This document shows positions 19,121 to 27,567 of a stretch of 63,556 bases of DNA, one piece after another. Below the pieces are notes generated by a model, which saw nothing but the letters and a program-made list of their open reading frames with translations, was not told the origin of the DNA and did not search any database. Position 1 is the first letter of the stretch; each line of letters opens with the position of its first letter. The position numbers were made by a program, and so were the translations under genes. The DNA is from Myxococcales bacterium (GTDB lineage Bacteria; Myxococcota_A; UBA9160; UBA4427). The stretch spans positions 1 through 63,556 of the forward strand of contig DUCT01000222.1 of NCBI GenBank assembly GCA_012959665.1, read 5' to 3'.

Positions 19121-21100
19121 TCACTCGGGAAGCGCATAGGCGATGAGGGCGTCGCCCGATTCCGACCAGCCATGCCCCCCGGCCGCAACCACGACGAATT
19201 GTCGAGCGGCCGCGCTAAGTCGGTAGGTAATGGGCGTCGCATTCGCGGTATAGGGTAAACGCGCGCGCCAGACTTCCTCCCCCGTGCTCGCACTAAAGGC
19301 TCGAAAGAACTTGTCCGTCGTGGCTCCTATGAAGACCAGGCCCGAGGCCGTGGCCAACGAGCCCCCGGCGTTCGGTGTCCCGAGTTTGAGCCAGAGCGGA
19401 AATGGCGCCTGATCTCGAGTGGTCCCCAGAGGCACGCTCCAGACGACTTTGCCCGCGACAAGATCCACCGCGGTCAGGGAGCCCCAGGGCGGGCTTACGC
19501 AGGGCGCTCCGAAGTTCGACAACAGGCTGATCCGTTTCAGCCCGTAAGGGGTGCCCGCCATGGGATAGAGCTCGTCGGGATAAACCGCCGCTTGGGGATC
19601 GAGTTTTTCGAACTCGGCGCGGGGAATCAGCTGCTGGGCCATGGGCAGGTGGTTCTGGTTCACAAAAAGCAGGCCGCGATCCGGATCAATGGAAACTCCA
19701 CCCCAGTTGGCCCCTCCCGCCGAACCCGGGTACTGAAGAGAGCCCTCCAGGGACGGCGGCGTGAATATCCCCTCGGAGCGAAAGCGGCCGATCAGATCGC
19801 GGCAGAACGCCTTGTCGATGGGCGTGAACCCCCAGGCATCCTCAACCCCCAGGCGAGGCGCATGCAGCGGAGGCGGGTGGGTGGGAAAAGGCTGGGTGGG
19901 TGACAACTTCTCTCCGGGCACCGCCCCCGCCTGGGGGACCGGACGTTCCTCCACGGGGTAGAGGGGCTCGCCGGTTTCCCGGTCCAGTAAAAAGAGATGC
20001 CCCATTTTTGTCGCCTGGGCGACGGCGGGGCGCCCTGCCCCAACGGCGGCAATTTGGAAGAGTGCGGGCTGGGCGGGCGTGTCGTAATCCCACAGGTCAT
20101 TGTGGACGAATTGGTAGTGCCAACGGACCTCGCCCGTCACCGCATCCAGAGCCACTGTGGAAGATCCGTAGTAATCGTTGCCTTCCCGGAGCCCGCCATA
20201 GCTATCGGGTGATGGATTGCCGGTAGGCACGAACACCAGGCCGCGGTCCTCGTCTCCGGACATTGGCGCCCAGACGTTGGGCGTCCCCGGCTGAAAGAGT
20301 TCGTCCCCCGACGAAATTCGCGCCGAGTGCTCCTCTCTCCAAGTCGGAGGCACGGGATCCCAAGCCCAGCGCAGAGCCCCTGTCTCCAGATCAAAAGCCC
20401 GCACAACGCCACTGGGTGCGTCCAAACGAAGCTGGTCGGCCACCAGGGCACCTATGACCACCACGTCTCGGACCACCAATGGGGGTGAGGTTGGGTAGTA
20501 CTCCCAGGGCGGCGCCTCCCCGATCCTCTCCCGGAGAGACACCCGGCCGCCCTCGCCAAAATCTGCACACGGTTCGCCGCTTGCCGCATCCAGAGCAATC
20601 AGTTCGGAATCACGGGTCCCCACGTAGACCCGCCGCTGACAGGTCTCCGAGTCCGCGTTGGGCGCCCCGCCCCAATAGGCAACCCCGCGACAGGACAGGG
20701 GATAGGGTCCCTCGCTCGAGCGCGTCCGCAGTTCGGGATCAAAGCTCCAGTGCTCTTCTCCGGTCTCGGGATCCAGGGCGATCACCCGGGAGAACGCGGT
20801 GCAAAAGAACATGGATCCATCAGCAACGACCGGCGTCGCGAGGAAAGAGGTCTTCGCCTCGGTCTTACTCCCCGGGGACACGTCCCCGTGCCGATACTCC
20901 CAGGCGGGAGTCAGCGAATCCACGTTGGCGGGCGTAATTTGGGTAAGGGGCGAAAATTTGAGCCCCCCCTTGTCCCCCCCGTACTCGCGCCATTCGGCGA
21001 CCGGACCCGAATTGTCCACGGAGGGTCCATCGCCGCACCCCGCCACCCAACCCGTGACGGCCAGCGCTATTCCGAGTCCAATCCGTCCATGCTTAGCCAC
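19121..21100 (-). CDS. PQQ-dependent dehydrogenase (glucose/quinate/shikimate-type beta-propeller), predicted lipoprotein
   Basis: 659 aa. Lipobox-like N-terminus GIALAVTGWVAGCG. Propeller motifs (PVVADGSMFFCTAFSRVIALDPETGEEHW, HNDLWDYD, PITYRLS...QFVVVAAGGHG). Confidence 0.9.
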   Translation of the reverse strand: MAKHGRIGLGIALAVTGWVAGCGDGPSVDNSGPVAEWREYGGDKGGLKFSPLTQITPANVDSLTPAWEYRHGDVSPGSKTEAKTSFLATPVVADGSMFFCTAFSRVIALDPETGEEHWSFDPELRTRSSEGPYPLSCRGVAYWGGAPNADSETCQRRVYVGTRDSELIALDAASGEPCADFGEGGRVSLRERIGEAPPWEYYPTSPPLVVRDVVVIGALVADQLRLDAPSGVVRAFDLETGALRWAWDPVPPTWREEHSARISSGDELFQPGTPNVWAPMSGDEDRGLVFVPTGNPSPDSYGGLREGNDYYGSSTVALDAVTGEVRWHYQFVHNDLWDYDTPAQPALFQIAAVGAGRPAVAQATKMGHLFLLDRETGEPLYPVEERPVPQAGAVPGEKLSPTQPFPTHPPPLHAPRLGVEDAWGFTPIDKAFCRDLIGRFRSEGIFTPPSLEGSLQYPGSAGGANWGGVSIDPDRGLLFVNQNHLPMAQQLIPRAEFEKLDPQAAVYPDELYPMAGTPYGLKRISLLSNFGAPCVSPPWGSLTAVDLVAGKVVWSVPLGTTRDQAPFPLWLKLGTPNAGGSLATASGLVFIGATTDKFFRAFSASTGEEVWRARLPYTANATPITYRLSAAARQFVVVAAGGHGWSESGDALIAYALPE

Positions 21101-21163
21101 GTCAGTCGCGACTTTAGCGCCCGATCAGCGGAACCCCACGGCAAAATCGGGGAGAGTGACCGC

Positions 21164-21460
21164 TCAAGCCTGGGGTATCCGGAGTCCTCCAGGGGCCAGC
21201 CCCTGCACCATGGTCCACCAGAGTTCCCGGCGAAGTGTCTCCTCGAACCGGGGCCGGGGCGGTGCAGACCCGGTCGCATCGGCACGCAGAAATTCGCGAA
21301 ACTCATCGAGATCGACCTTCGCCAGCTCTTCCTTGGACAGGCAGGCCACCAGTTCCTCGACGTCATGCTCGAGATCTAGAGAGCAGAAGTCCGCCGAAGG
21401 AACGCTCTCGGCGCTCTGCAGGCACAGTTGTCTCCAGCCAAGTGCTTTGGAATCACTCAT
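21164..21460 (-). CDS. Hypothetical acidic protein, possible anti-sigma partner of the upstream ECF sigma
   Basis: 98 aa. Its start overlaps the sigma-factor stop by 4 nt. No TM helix and no HxxxCxxC zinc motif. The functional call rests on position only. Confidence 0.5.
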   Translation of the reverse strand: MSDSKALGWRQLCLQSAESVPSADFCSLDLEHDVEELVACLSKEELAKVDLDEFREFLRADATGSAPPRPRFEETLRRELWWTMVQGLAPGGLRIPQA

Positions 21461-22305
21461 CTCGGAAGCACCTCTCCGCCGGACTCCACCGCTTCAAAGA
21501 TCAGCTTCTTGATGCGATACAAGCTCGACCGTACCGCGTCGTTGGATCGACGACTGCACGAAGCAATCTCGGGAATCGACATGTTTTCCAGGTGACGCAT
21601 CTCGAAAATACGGCACTGCCAATCGGGCAATTTCGACATTCGGCTCCGGATCGCCTCAGCATAGCGGCGCAGGGAGAGGTCTTCGTCAGGCGCGACTTGT
21701 CCGAGGGACGGCTTCGGGACGAAGTGCTCCTTGCTGACGCTGTCGAAACGTTCCTTCTGGTTCTGGGAGCGGCGAATCATATTATTCGAAAGGTTTTTGG
21801 CAATCCCGAACATCCAGGACAGAAGGGAGGACTGCCCCCGATAGTTCTCGATGGATCTGAAAATCGTTACGAAGGTTTCCTGGGTTACTTCCTCGGCGTC
21901 AGCATGATTGCGAAGGCGACCGTGAACGAAACCGTAGATCCGTCGGAAGTATCGGTTGTAGAGCTCATTGAAATGAGCCTCGCTGGCCTCCCTCACTCCA
22001 GCGATCAACTCCACATCGCTGAGTTCTGCGGTGGCAACACGGCCCACACAGGGTTCGGCCTGGGATCGGGTTCCTCTCTCAGACTCGGATCTGTTGGAAT
22101 CGTCGGATTTGATATTATTGGTATCAGAGCTCTTGGTAATGGAGCTCTTTTTATCAACGAACCGCCTGGTCGACGGTCCTTGGGCGCAATAGTCTGTATT
22201 AGGCAACTCGGAATCCTCCGGTAGCCCTTCCCAAGGCGCGTCGATTTCCCCCCGACAAATACTTAAGTGCCCGTTTTCTAGGGTGGGTGGCGAATTCTTT
22301 TCCAA
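21457..22305 (-). CDS. ECF-type RNA polymerase sigma-70 family factor (start uncertain)
   Basis: Region 2: FNELYNRYFRRIYGFVHGRLRNHADAEEVTQETFVTIF. Region 4: LPDWQCRIFEMRHLENMSIPEIASCSRRSNDAVRSSLYRIKKLI. The first 86 codons or so are low-GC and Ser/Asp/Asn/Lys-rich. An alternative GTG start lies at 22047. Confidence 0.85.
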   Translation of the reverse strand: MEKNSPPTLENGHLSICRGEIDAPWEGLPEDSELPNTDYCAQGPSTRRFVDKKSSITKSSDTNNIKSDDSNRSESERGTRSQAEPCVGRVATAELSDVELIAGVREASEAHFNELYNRYFRRIYGFVHGRLRNHADAEEVTQETFVTIFRSIENYRGQSSLLSWMFGIAKNLSNNMIRRSQNQKERFDSVSKEHFVPKPSLGQVAPDEDLSLRRYAEAIRSRMSKLPDWQCRIFEMRHLENMSIPEIASCSRRSNDAVRSSLYRIKKLIFEAVESGGEVLPR

Positions 22306-22485
22306 AGAACGGCGTTTTTTTCTTCTCCGCCAGGCATCGCCCCAGCGCGCCGCTCACTTTCCCCACGGGGCCCCGCCCGCCCCCAGCGCCTCAAAGATCT
22401 CGGTCGCCCGTATTCCTCGGGCTATCGTGAGCGCCCATTGACTCCCGCCCCCCGATCCCCGGCGTAACCGGGCACTGGACTTGCC

Positions 22486-23088
22486 TTGACCCACCGATCC
22501 CTATCGCCGTTCGTCCGGAGCCTCTGGATCCTTTTGGCGGGACTGCCTGTCGTCGCACAGGCAAATTCGAACTGGGCAACTTTTGTTCCCGCTGACAAAA
22601 GCTTTCAAATCGAAATGCCCGATACGCCCTCGGTCACTCACCGGAGCCGCGACCTTGTGGTCGCCCGTTTCGTCAGCACGGTCTACAAGGCCCATCGCGG
22701 CCCGGACACGTTTGGTGTCAACCACACCGACATCCCCAAGGCCATTCTCATGGTGACCAGCGACCGGTATATCCTCAAGTCGACCCGCGACGGCTTCCTG
22801 GAAAGTTCAGGGGCTTTCGAAGTCAGCTTTGGGCCAAGCCGGGTCGACGGCCAGTCGGCCGGCGAACTTCGCTACCGAATCCCTGCCGGCGACGAACACC
22901 CGGCGCTGAACGGCACGGCCCGGCTTCTCCTCGTGGGCAAGCGTCTGTTCATCTTCTACGCCGAGGTCAGCGCAGCCACCCCAGCAGAGGAGATCAACCG
23001 GTACCTCGCCTCGATTCGAATCCCGGCCCGGCCTAGCTCGTCGGCGGGCGAGGATCACGGGGCAACCCATAGCCCCTCTCGCCAATGA
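22486..23088 (+). CDS. Hypothetical secreted protein
   Basis: 200 aa, TTG start. Signal peptide LWILLAGLPVVAQA. No family recognised. The 3' end overlaps the convergent acyl-CoA dehydrogenase by 56 nt. Confidence 0.6.
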   Translation: MTHRSLSPFVRSLWILLAGLPVVAQANSNWATFVPADKSFQIEMPDTPSVTHRSRDLVVARFVSTVYKAHRGPDTFGVNHTDIPKAILMVTSDRYILKSTRDGFLESSGAFEVSFGPSRVDGQSAGELRYRIPAGDEHPALNGTARLLLVGKRLFIFYAEVSAATPAEEINRYLASIRIPARPSSSAGEDHGATHSPSRQ

Positions 23089-24244
23089 TATTGAGTTGGA
23101 TGTTGCTCGCCCCGCCGGCAATCGCCGGCCCCAGGGAGAACATGTAGGCCTCGACCCATCCCGTCGCGGTGGAGTTCCGTGCCCACCCCGCTATATCCTC
23201 GGGGGCGGGGGCCAACATTCCATCAGCGCCCAGCAGGTCGTAGGCGCATCGCTGGATCATCTGCATCGCATCCGTCGAGTAGAGCTTTGCCATCATCATG
23301 GGACGCATGGCCTTGAGGGGTTCACCGCGCACCTGGGCGGTAAACTGCCGCATGGTCGAAGTTTCGCTGGTCCGAACGTATCCCTCGATCTCAGCCAGCC
23401 TTTGCCGAACCTTCCTGTCCTCGATCGCCGGCCGGCCCTCGAGTACGGTCCGCCGTGCAAGGTCAAGGAGATCGTTGAAAGTATCCCGCATCATGTTGGG
23501 ATTGGCGATGAGATTTCGCTCATGCACCAGGGTGGCTCGCGATACGCCCCAGCCTTCGCCGGGCCGTCCGACCACGTTCTCCACGGGCACGCGAACATCG
23601 TCGAAGAAGACCTCGTTGAATTCCATGCCTCCAGTCATGCCCTTGAGGGGGCGGACTTCGAGCCCCGCACTCTTCATATCCACCAGGAGGTAGGTGATTC
23701 CGGCGTGTTTGGACGCATCGGGATCGGTCCGGAAAAGGCCGAACATCCAGTCCGCCTCAAAGGCGTTACTCGTCCAAATTTTCTGACCCGAGAGGATGTA
23801 CACCTCGCCGTCCAGCCGGGCGCGGCACTGCAGCGATGCGAGGTCGCTCCCCGAACCGGGCTCGCTGTACCCCTGACACCACTTCTCCTGATCTGAGATG
23901 GCCTTGGGGATGAAGCGCTTCTTCTGGGCCTCCGTACCGAATTCGAGCAGAGTGGGCACCAACAAGCCCGCCCCCTGGCTAGTGAGGTCTCCGGGCGCAC
24001 CCGCGGCGTAGAACTCGTCGCGCACAATCGCGTCCTTGAGCGCGTCGGGCTCCTGGCCCGCGCCCCCATACGCGGCCGGAACATTTCGGTAGACAAACCC
24101 CGCTTCGATCCCTCGCTCGCGAAATAGGGCCTCCGCCTCGACCCCTTCCCCATGCACCTCTTGACCGACCCGAGGCCAATCTGCAAGAAAGCGCCGAACC
24201 TCTTCCCGGTAGGCCTGGTATTCCGCGGTGTATTCGAGATCCAT
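23033..24244 (-). CDS. Acyl-CoA dehydrogenase family protein
   Basis: 403 aa. WCQGYSEPGSGSDLASL and the C-terminal IAGGASNIQLNIIGERGYGLPR signature of the ACAD fold. Confidence 0.93.
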   Translation of the reverse strand: MDLEYTAEYQAYREEVRRFLADWPRVGQEVHGEGVEAEALFRERGIEAGFVYRNVPAAYGGAGQEPDALKDAIVRDEFYAAGAPGDLTSQGAGLLVPTLLEFGTEAQKKRFIPKAISDQEKWCQGYSEPGSGSDLASLQCRARLDGEVYILSGQKIWTSNAFEADWMFGLFRTDPDASKHAGITYLLVDMKSAGLEVRPLKGMTGGMEFNEVFFDDVRVPVENVVGRPGEGWGVSRATLVHERNLIANPNMMRDTFNDLLDLARRTVLEGRPAIEDRKVRQRLAEIEGYVRTSETSTMRQFTAQVRGEPLKAMRPMMMAKLYSTDAMQMIQRCAYDLLGADGMLAPAPEDIAGWARNSTATGWVEAYMFSLGPAIAGGASNIQLNIIGERGYGLPRDPRPPTS

Positions 24245-24252
24245 GATTCCGC

Positions 24253-25332
24253 CTACCAGCCGGCCAACGCCGCACAGCGGTCGCGTAGGCTCTCAGGATT
24301 CCCCAGAAAGGCGCGGTCAAACATCAACCGCTTGAACCCCATTTGGACGTCGCATTCCCAGGTAAATCCGAGCCCGCCGTGCAGTTCCACCACCGCCCGA
24401 GCGACTTCGAGCCCGCGATCGGTGATATGGGCCTTGGCCAGGGCCGCAGCCCGCTCGGCCTCCTCGGGCAGGTGATCCACCGCATATGCGGCGTGCCAGA
24501 AGAGCGCACGGGTCGGCTCGATATCGAGACCAAGGCGCGCCAGTTGATGCTTCACCGCCTGAAATTGCGCGATTTTCTGACCGAATTGCTCTCGCGTCTT
24601 CGCGTACTCCACGGCCAAGTCGATCAGGTGACTGGCCGCCCCGAAGGCATCGGCCGCGAGCAAAACCAGGCCCGCATCCCGAAGTCGGCGGGCAACAGCC
24701 GGATCGTCGGCGAGCAGTTCGCAGGGCGCCCCTTCAAAGTCGACCCGGAAGACCGGACGACTGCGGTCGATCCCCTCGAGGTTCTCGATCCGCACCCCGG
24801 CCCCCGCCGTATCGACCACGGCCAGGCGACTACCCTCAACGCCCACCACGAGAAGGTCCGCCCCGTCGGCATGGGGCACATAGAGCTTGGTTCCCGAAAT
24901 CGAGTCCTCGGCCCAACGGCAATGCCAGGTTTCTGGCTCCCAGCCACTCCCCGCCTCGCAGAGAGCCCAAGTGGCTCGGCGGGAACCATCGGCGAGTCCG
25001 GGCAACCACCGGGATTTCTGGGCCGGACTCCCTCCCATGTCGAGGGCCAGGGAGGCCAGCACATGCCCCAGGAAAGGGCTGGGCACACCGCCCGTGCCGA
25101 GGACCTCGCAGACCAGGGCGAGATCGAGAATTTCCATCCCGGCTCCCCCGTACTCCTCGGGGATGGTCAGCCCAGGGAGCCCCATCTCGACGAGACCCGT
25201 CCACAAGGCATCGTCGTGCCCTGTGCCCGCATCGAAAAGCTCCCGAAGTCGCCCGGCGGGACACTCATTCTCTACGAAACCGCGTACGGTCGACTGGAGA
25301 AGCTCCTGTTCGTCGCTCAAACCAAAGTCCAT
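24253..25332 (-). CDS. Acyl-CoA dehydrogenase family protein (second, shorter paralogue)
   Basis: 359 aa. ACAD C-terminal signature VELHGGLGFTWECDVQMGFKR. Separated by 8 nt from the preceding ACAD gene. Confidence 0.9.
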   Translation of the reverse strand: MDFGLSDEQELLQSTVRGFVENECPAGRLRELFDAGTGHDDALWTGLVEMGLPGLTIPEEYGGAGMEILDLALVCEVLGTGGVPSPFLGHVLASLALDMGGSPAQKSRWLPGLADGSRRATWALCEAGSGWEPETWHCRWAEDSISGTKLYVPHADGADLLVVGVEGSRLAVVDTAGAGVRIENLEGIDRSRPVFRVDFEGAPCELLADDPAVARRLRDAGLVLLAADAFGAASHLIDLAVEYAKTREQFGQKIAQFQAVKHQLARLGLDIEPTRALFWHAAYAVDHLPEEAERAAALAKAHITDRGLEVARAVVELHGGLGFTWECDVQMGFKRLMFDRAFLGNPESLRDRCAALAGW

Positions 25333-25620
25333 CGATTCGCTCCACTCGGTCCCGACTGCGCCCAGCCGAGGCTCTCGTTTACGGCCCCTTCGCTCGGAAG
25401 CGCGGCTAGGTTAGCCTCGATTTCCGGGTCCGCAGCGGAAAATCGCAGGGTCGGGCAGCTGGGAAAACCGCTCCCTAACCCGGGTCAAAGGGACCGAGCG
25501 CGTCCTTCCCAACAGTCAAACCATCCGCACACAATCATCGGCACCCAATCACCCGCATCCTCATCCCCAGAACTGGCGTGACCGGCCGCGTGTTCCATAC
25601 TGCTCATCGAGGAGGTCAGC

Positions 25621-26601
25621 GTGTTTCTGATGCGATTCGACATGCGCGCCCCTGATTTCGGCCCGGCGAGTGCCACCGAACTCTACGGCGCCGCACTGGA
25701 CATGGCGGCCTGGGGCGAGGACAAGGGCTGCGTCCAACTGGTTCTTTCCGAACACCATGGAAGCGAGGACGGCTACCTGCCCTCGCCCCTCCTGCTCGCC
25801 AGCGCCATGGCGGGGCGCACGCGAAGTGTGGCTCTCCAAGTCGCGGCCCTCGTGCTTCCTCTCCACGACCCCATTCGTCTCGCCGAAGAAATGGCAGTGC
25901 TGGATATCGTCAGCGGGGGCCGGGTTTCCTATGTCCTCGCCGTGGGCTACCGGCCCGAAGAATACGCGATGTTTGGCCGATCCTTTCCGGGCCGAGGTCG
26001 ACGCATGGAAGCTTCCATCGAAGCCCTCCGGGAGGCGTGGAAGGGCGAGCCCTTTGAATTCGAAGGGCGGGCGGTGCACGTCACCCCCGTACCCCACACC
26101 CCCGGTGGTCCGGCCCTGCTCATGGGAGGAAACAGCGAAGTCGTCGCCCGACGCGCGGCTCGATTCGGACTCGGAATGATCGCCGGCGGAATCAATCGCG
26201 ATCTCGAGGGGATCTACCTCGAAGCTTGCCGCGAAGCGGAGCAGACACCCGGGTTCTTCGTCAATCCCGAGCCGGGCGCCATCACCGCAGGCTTCGTCAG
26301 CGAGGACCCGGACCGCACCTGGTCAGAAATCGGACCCTACCTGCTGCACGATGCCAATCTCTACGGCCGCTGGATGGGGGAAGAAAGCGCTCGCAAGACG
26401 GGTCAGTGGGCAGAAAACGTGGAAGAACTCCGGGCTGCCCAGGGGATCTACCGAATTCTCACGCCCGACCAGGCCGAGGCGCATATCCGCGCCAAGGGAA
26501 TCTGGGTCAGCCACCCCCTGTGCGGCGGGATCCCTCCCGATTTGGCGTGGCCCAGCCTTGAACTTCTGGTCGACAAGGTGCTGCCTCGATTACGACCTTG
26601 A
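25621..26601 (+). CDS. LLM-class (luciferase-like) flavin/F420-dependent oxidoreductase
   Basis: 326 aa, GTG start after GAGGAGG. VLSEHHGSEDGYLPSPLLLASAMAGRTRSVALQVAALVLPLHDPIRLAEEMAVLDIVSGGR is typical of the luciferase-like monooxygenase family. Confidence 0.9.
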   Translation: MFLMRFDMRAPDFGPASATELYGAALDMAAWGEDKGCVQLVLSEHHGSEDGYLPSPLLLASAMAGRTRSVALQVAALVLPLHDPIRLAEEMAVLDIVSGGRVSYVLAVGYRPEEYAMFGRSFPGRGRRMEASIEALREAWKGEPFEFEGRAVHVTPVPHTPGGPALLMGGNSEVVARRAARFGLGMIAGGINRDLEGIYLEACREAEQTPGFFVNPEPGAITAGFVSEDPDRTWSEIGPYLLHDANLYGRWMGEESARKTGQWAENVEELRAAQGIYRILTPDQAEAHIRAKGIWVSHPLCGGIPPDLAWPSLELLVDKVLPRLRP

Positions 26602-26610
26602 GAAGAGGCG

Positions 26611-26650
26611 AAAAGCCGAACAAAAACCCGGGGAGGCAAGCCTCCCCGGG
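26611..26650 (-). terminator. Intrinsic terminator (perfect 10-bp stem) downstream of the 242-aa secreted-protein gene
   Basis: CCCGGGGAGG (26627-26636), loop CAAG, CCTCCCCGGG (26641-26650). On the minus strand it is followed by TTTTTGTTCGGCTTTT. It lies between convergent genes, so the hairpin may also serve the plus-strand LLM gene. Confidence 0.65.
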
Positions 26651-26730
26651 CGAAGTCCGCCGCCCTCCCGCCGGGGTCTGAGATTCCCCGACGCCGGGCA
26701 TGCGGACCGTTCGAAGTCACTTGCCTCGAC

Positions 26731-27432
26731 TCATTGGGGCCAGTCGAACCACCCTTCCCGATTGCCCGGGGTCAGTCCGTGGGAAAGGTCGTCCGTGCAG
26801 TGGGACGCAATTCTCAGGGTGAAGGGCGCCTCGATCTCGCGCGCGTCGACGATGGCCATGGGGATCAGCCGATAGTCGGGAAAGAGGGACGCCAGTCGAT
26901 CCAGGGACGCCACGGACAAATCGGCGCGCTGGAACGGATACGCGCCTCCCGGAAAGGCGAAGTCAAGATTCAGGACGAGGCGCCCACGACCCCTGTCATT
27001 TGTCCAGAAACCGTTGGCCGGATCTGGACTCCCGTTTCCCGGTCCGGTCGCGGTCACCAGCGACTCCAGTGCCTCGGAAGGCGCCAGCGCCGTTGAACCC
27101 CCTCCGGTAACCGGGCTTCCCCCGAATCCCCAGCCGTCGCGATCTTTGCCCTTCTGCCGCAGCCAAACCGTATACAGGGTATTGGGGCGACCATGATTCA
27201 GATGAATTCTCAGCCGAGTCTCGCCATCCTCCTGCTCCCAGCGCAACGAAGCCCGGGCTCTCTGGAAATCTCCCCCACAATCGTCTCGCACGCTATTGCC
27301 CGAACCACTCGGCGCTTCTGCAGACAACCGAACAAAAGATTGACGGTCATCGTCGTCCGCCATCACGGCCCCTCCCCCGATCAGCAACAGAGATAGAAAC
27401 AGACTCGACATCACTCGCTTGATTCCGCACAT
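26731..27432 (-). CDS. Hypothetical secreted protein
   Basis: Start set at the Met preceded by AAGGAGAAGG (MCGIKRVMSSLFLSLLLIGGGAVMADDDD = signal peptide). The mature part is Gly/Asp/Arg-rich with no family recognised. Lies downstream of the di-haem peroxidase gene. Confidence 0.7.
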   Translation of the reverse strand: MCGIKRVMSSLFLSLLLIGGGAVMADDDDRQSFVRLSAEAPSGSGNSVRDDCGGDFQRARASLRWEQEDGETRLRIHLNHGRPNTLYTVWLRQKGKDRDGWGFGGSPVTGGGSTALAPSEALESLVTATGPGNGSPDPANGFWTNDRGRGRLVLNLDFAFPGGAYPFQRADLSVASLDRLASLFPDYRLIPMAIVDAREIEAPFTLRIASHCTDDLSHGLTPGNREGWFDWPQ

Positions 27433-27465
27433 CTTGACCTTCTCCTTCTGGACGTTCATTGAGTT

Positions 27466-27531
27466 TACGTTGGGTTTATGTTGGGTTTATGTTGGGTTCA
27501 CATTGGATTTAGGTTGGGTTCACGTTGGCTC
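27466..27531. repeat. Tandem repeat, 6 x 11 bp (TAYGTTGGGTT)
   Basis: TACGTTGGGTT / TATGTTGGGTT / TATGTTGGGTT / CACATTGGATT / TAGGTTGGGTT / CACGTTGGCTC. Lies between the peroxidase stop (27568) and the start of the secreted-protein gene (27432). Confidence 0.9.
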
Positions 27532-27567
27532 TTGGAGACCATCCGAACCCTCGGCTCATCGCTTCTG

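Noticed and set aside
23033-23088. 56-nt convergent overlap between the 200-aa secreted-protein ORF and the acyl-CoA dehydrogenase gene
   Set aside because: The most likely explanation is that the low-complexity tail of the hypothetical ORF (…PARPSSSAGEDHGATHSPSRQ) simply runs on until a chance stop codon. It is not strong evidence for functional antisense overlap.
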